Notes under the pieces: generated by a model
Databases searched by the model: none
What the model was told of the DNA's origin: nothing
What the model saw: only the letters and a program-made list of their open reading frames with translations
Shown: piece after piece, positions 63,301 through 64,000 of the stretch
How positions within the stretch are numbered: the stretch's first letter is position 1
Layout of the letters: every line of letters starts with the position of its first letter
Assembly: GCF_011386835.1 (NCBI RefSeq)
Contig: NC_088796.1
Span: 84,568,001-84,632,000 of the forward strand
Length of the DNA stretch: 64,000 bases
Direction: 5' to 3'
DNA from: Chrysemys picta bellii
Taxonomy: Eukaryota
Program-made: the position numbers and the translations under genes

Positions 63301-64000
63301 TGTTCTTTTAGAAGGCTGAAATGTTTAGTTTTTCCATTTGCAAGACTGACTTCTCACATGCCCATAACTCCATTCCATGTTTTTGAATTGTAGACTTACT
63401 AAAGCATTATCAGAGTGCATTAGGCTTTCCGCCATTAAGATATAATTAATTGAATCATGCTTGGACCTAAAAGCATTGACACTCTACCCTTTGTTTAAAA
63501 AAGACCCAGAAAAACACAAAACAATTCACAAAGAAAAAACAATACAAACACAAAACATAATTCTGTTAACATTCTACAGAAAACATCAAGTAGCAAAATA
63601 CAAATTGGCCATGTTTCAAAAAGTAAACCCACCACTATCATGTGACATCTCAAAGAAACCAAAAGAGGAAATTAGTCCTATGTGGTTTTTATAGTGAAAT
63701 TAAACTGTCTTGAATAAGAACTAAATGAAAACTGGTGTTCTTAGTTCCTGTTCTTTCTCTCTACTCCAGGATCTTTTCCCCAAATTAAATAACATTAGAA
63801 GAAGAAAATGAACCATTTTAAGTACTGTAGATTTTTTTGTATAACATATCAAGGGTTTATTGATAGTTACAAAGGTGCTAGTCCTGTGTTTGTATATCTG
63901 AAGCCTTTGTTAAGTATTTGATGTTTTACCCAATTGTGGATAAAGTGAAGGAATCATAGCTAGAATATCAGTTAGTTTGAAATAGCTGAGGGGTTTAAGC

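Overview
Vertebrate genomic DNA, most likely a turtle (inferred from tRNA-Lys-derived Cry/tortoise-type SINEs, PsCR1-like LINEs and turtle-type MITE and LTR families). Two spliced genes point away from a CpG island at about 38.4-39.45 kb. On the + strand are the first three coding exons of MFSD14B (HIATL1, an orphan MFS transporter): 39012-39161, 57313-57408 and 62020-62082. On the - strand are seven phase-consistent exons (31779 down to 11039) of an unnamed kelch-repeat protein; its 3' exons were not found. The rest is intronic or intergenic and rich in transposable elements: a decayed Gmr1-type Gypsy element with nested insertions, CR1 and L2 LINEs, Penelope fragments with hammerhead ribozyme motifs, hAT and Harbinger MITEs with clear TSDs, a Tigger-like element, solo LTRs, SINEs and microsatellites. 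No prokaryotic-type system or CRISPR array is present. The best leads are the kelch gene and its possible shared promoter, a strong-context uORF whose stop overlaps the MFSD14B start codon, and the Penelope hammerhead and perfect-hairpin insertions. Coordinates were counted by hand and repeat-family names come from recalled consensus sequences, so both need RepeatMasker/Dfam and RNA-seq confirmation.
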